Source: Octopus sinensis (Eukaryota). From it: a stretch of DNA of 63,974 nucleotides. The stretch spans positions 1-63,974 of the forward strand of contig NW_021833700.1 in the NCBI RefSeq assembly GCF_006345805.1. The letters are read 5' to 3'. Under the pieces are notes generated by a model. It had not been told where the DNA came from and ran no database searches. It worked only from the letters and a program-made list of their open reading frames with translations. Both the position numbers and the translations under genes were made by a program. How positions within the stretch are numbered: position 1 is the stretch's first letter; every line of letters starts with the position of its first letter. Shown piece by piece: positions 62,925 through 63,974 of the stretch.

Positions 62925-63335
62925 CAGTGAGCTGGCAAAAACCTTAGGGCCCCGGGTGAAATGCTTAACTGTATTTCGTCTGTCTTTACGTTTTAAGCGC
63001 AGGAATGGCTGTCTCGTAAATAGCTTGCTTACCAGCCGCATGGTTCCGGGTTCAGTCCCTCTGCGTGGTACCTTGGGCGAGTGTCTTCAGCTGTAGCCTC
63101 GGGCTGACTAAAGCATTGTGAGTGGATTTGGTAGACGGAAACTGAAAGAAGCCCGTCGTTTATATGTATGTATATGTTTGTGTGTCTGTGCTTGTCCCCC
63201 CCCCCACAATCGCTTGACAACCGATGCTGGTGTGTTTACATCCCCATCACTTAGCGATTCGGCAAGAAAGACCGATAGAATAAATACTAGGCTTACAAAG
63301 AATAAGCTCTGGGGTCAATTTGCTCGACTAAAGGC
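62925..63335 (+). mobile_element. SINE B head fused to a 3'-truncated SINE A (from 62997)
   Basis: gagctggcaaaaaccttag..tttacg is followed directly by gcgcaggaatggctg..ctcgactaaaggc. Confidence 0.75.
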
Positions 63336-63344
63336 CGACTTCTA

Positions 63345-63590
63345 GACTCCCGCACTCACAGATTCACGGACTCCTAGACACCCACGCTCACTGACTCACA
63401 AACTCACAGATTCACAGAGGCATTGACTCACAAACTCACAGACTCGCAGGCACACTGACTCACAGACTCTCAGACACATAGACTCAAAAACTCACAGACT
63501 CGCAGGCACACTGACTCACAGACTCTCAGACACAGACTCTCAAAAACTCACAGACTCGCAGACACACTGACTCACGAATTCACCGATTAT
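63345..63590 (+). repeat. GACTCACA-based minisatellite
   Basis: cacagactcgcaggcacactgactcacagactctcagacaca and variants repeated. Confidence 0.85.
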
Positions 63591-63748
63591 TGACACGGTG
63601 TGCCTCGATTCACAAATGGTTAAATTAAACAATAATCTCATTAGTTTCGCCAGTTTTTGGAGAGGGGCGTGGCAAGGTTGAAGGTCACGGCTTACACTAT
63701 TTTTCACTTAACAACAAGCATTACTACAGCTACTGCTGCTGCTGTTGG

Positions 63749-63810
<62 letters not shown>

Positions 63811-63933
63811 CATCTGCTACTAACAACAATTACAATTGTAATAACGAAAACTACAAAGATGGGAACGTCAATGATGCAACCACCACAGACAACAACAGCA
63901 ACAACAACAGTAAAAGTGCTGCTGCTATATTAA

Positions 63934-63974
<41 letters not shown>

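Noticed and set aside
1586-63335. tRNA-like A/B-box sequences as tRNA genes
   Set aside because: Each continues into a SINE core or tail and lacks a complete acceptor stem, so they are called SINE heads.
1168-63933. The large majority of ORF-track entries (YIYI, HTHT, MYVC, CVCV, SLSL, ERER runs)
   Set aside because: They are translations of (TA)n, (CA)n, (CATA)n and (CT)n microsatellites and SINE bodies, which lack stops in some frames. No coding signal.
1-63974. Prokaryotic or viral system, or contamination
   Set aside because: There are no operon-like ORF runs, rRNA or phage genes. The composition and spliced gene are consistently animal.

Overview
AT-rich, microsatellite-saturated animal genomic DNA. 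The SINE and LINE repertoire looks like octopus (coleoid cephalopod); this is inferred from recall, not searched. Only one host gene is well supported: the first five coding exons of a FAM234A/B-like type II membrane beta-propeller protein on + (47526-48132, 54292-54500, 55076-55247, 60760-60986, 61760-61941). The exons join in frame with GT-AG introns and the gene runs off the right edge. Almost all ORFs in the supplied track are microsatellite artefacts. The rest is a mosaic of tRNA-derived SINEs, Tx1/L1-, RTE- and R4/Dong-like LINE fragments, Penelope-like elements (PLEs), a mariner fragment, Helentron-like and Tigger-like non-autonomous elements, a probable solo LTR and local tandem/inverted duplications. 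The strongest hidden signal is about ten hammerhead-ribozyme (HHR) motifs of several unrelated designs, mostly in PLE-type tails or inverted repeats. One sits in a compact element with a tRNA-like Pol III head (22286-22555), and one lies in sense orientation inside intron 1 of the gene. PLE-associated HHRs are known as a class; the tRNA-head/HHR chimera is the best novelty candidate here and is untested. Repeat boundaries are approximate and were read by eye.
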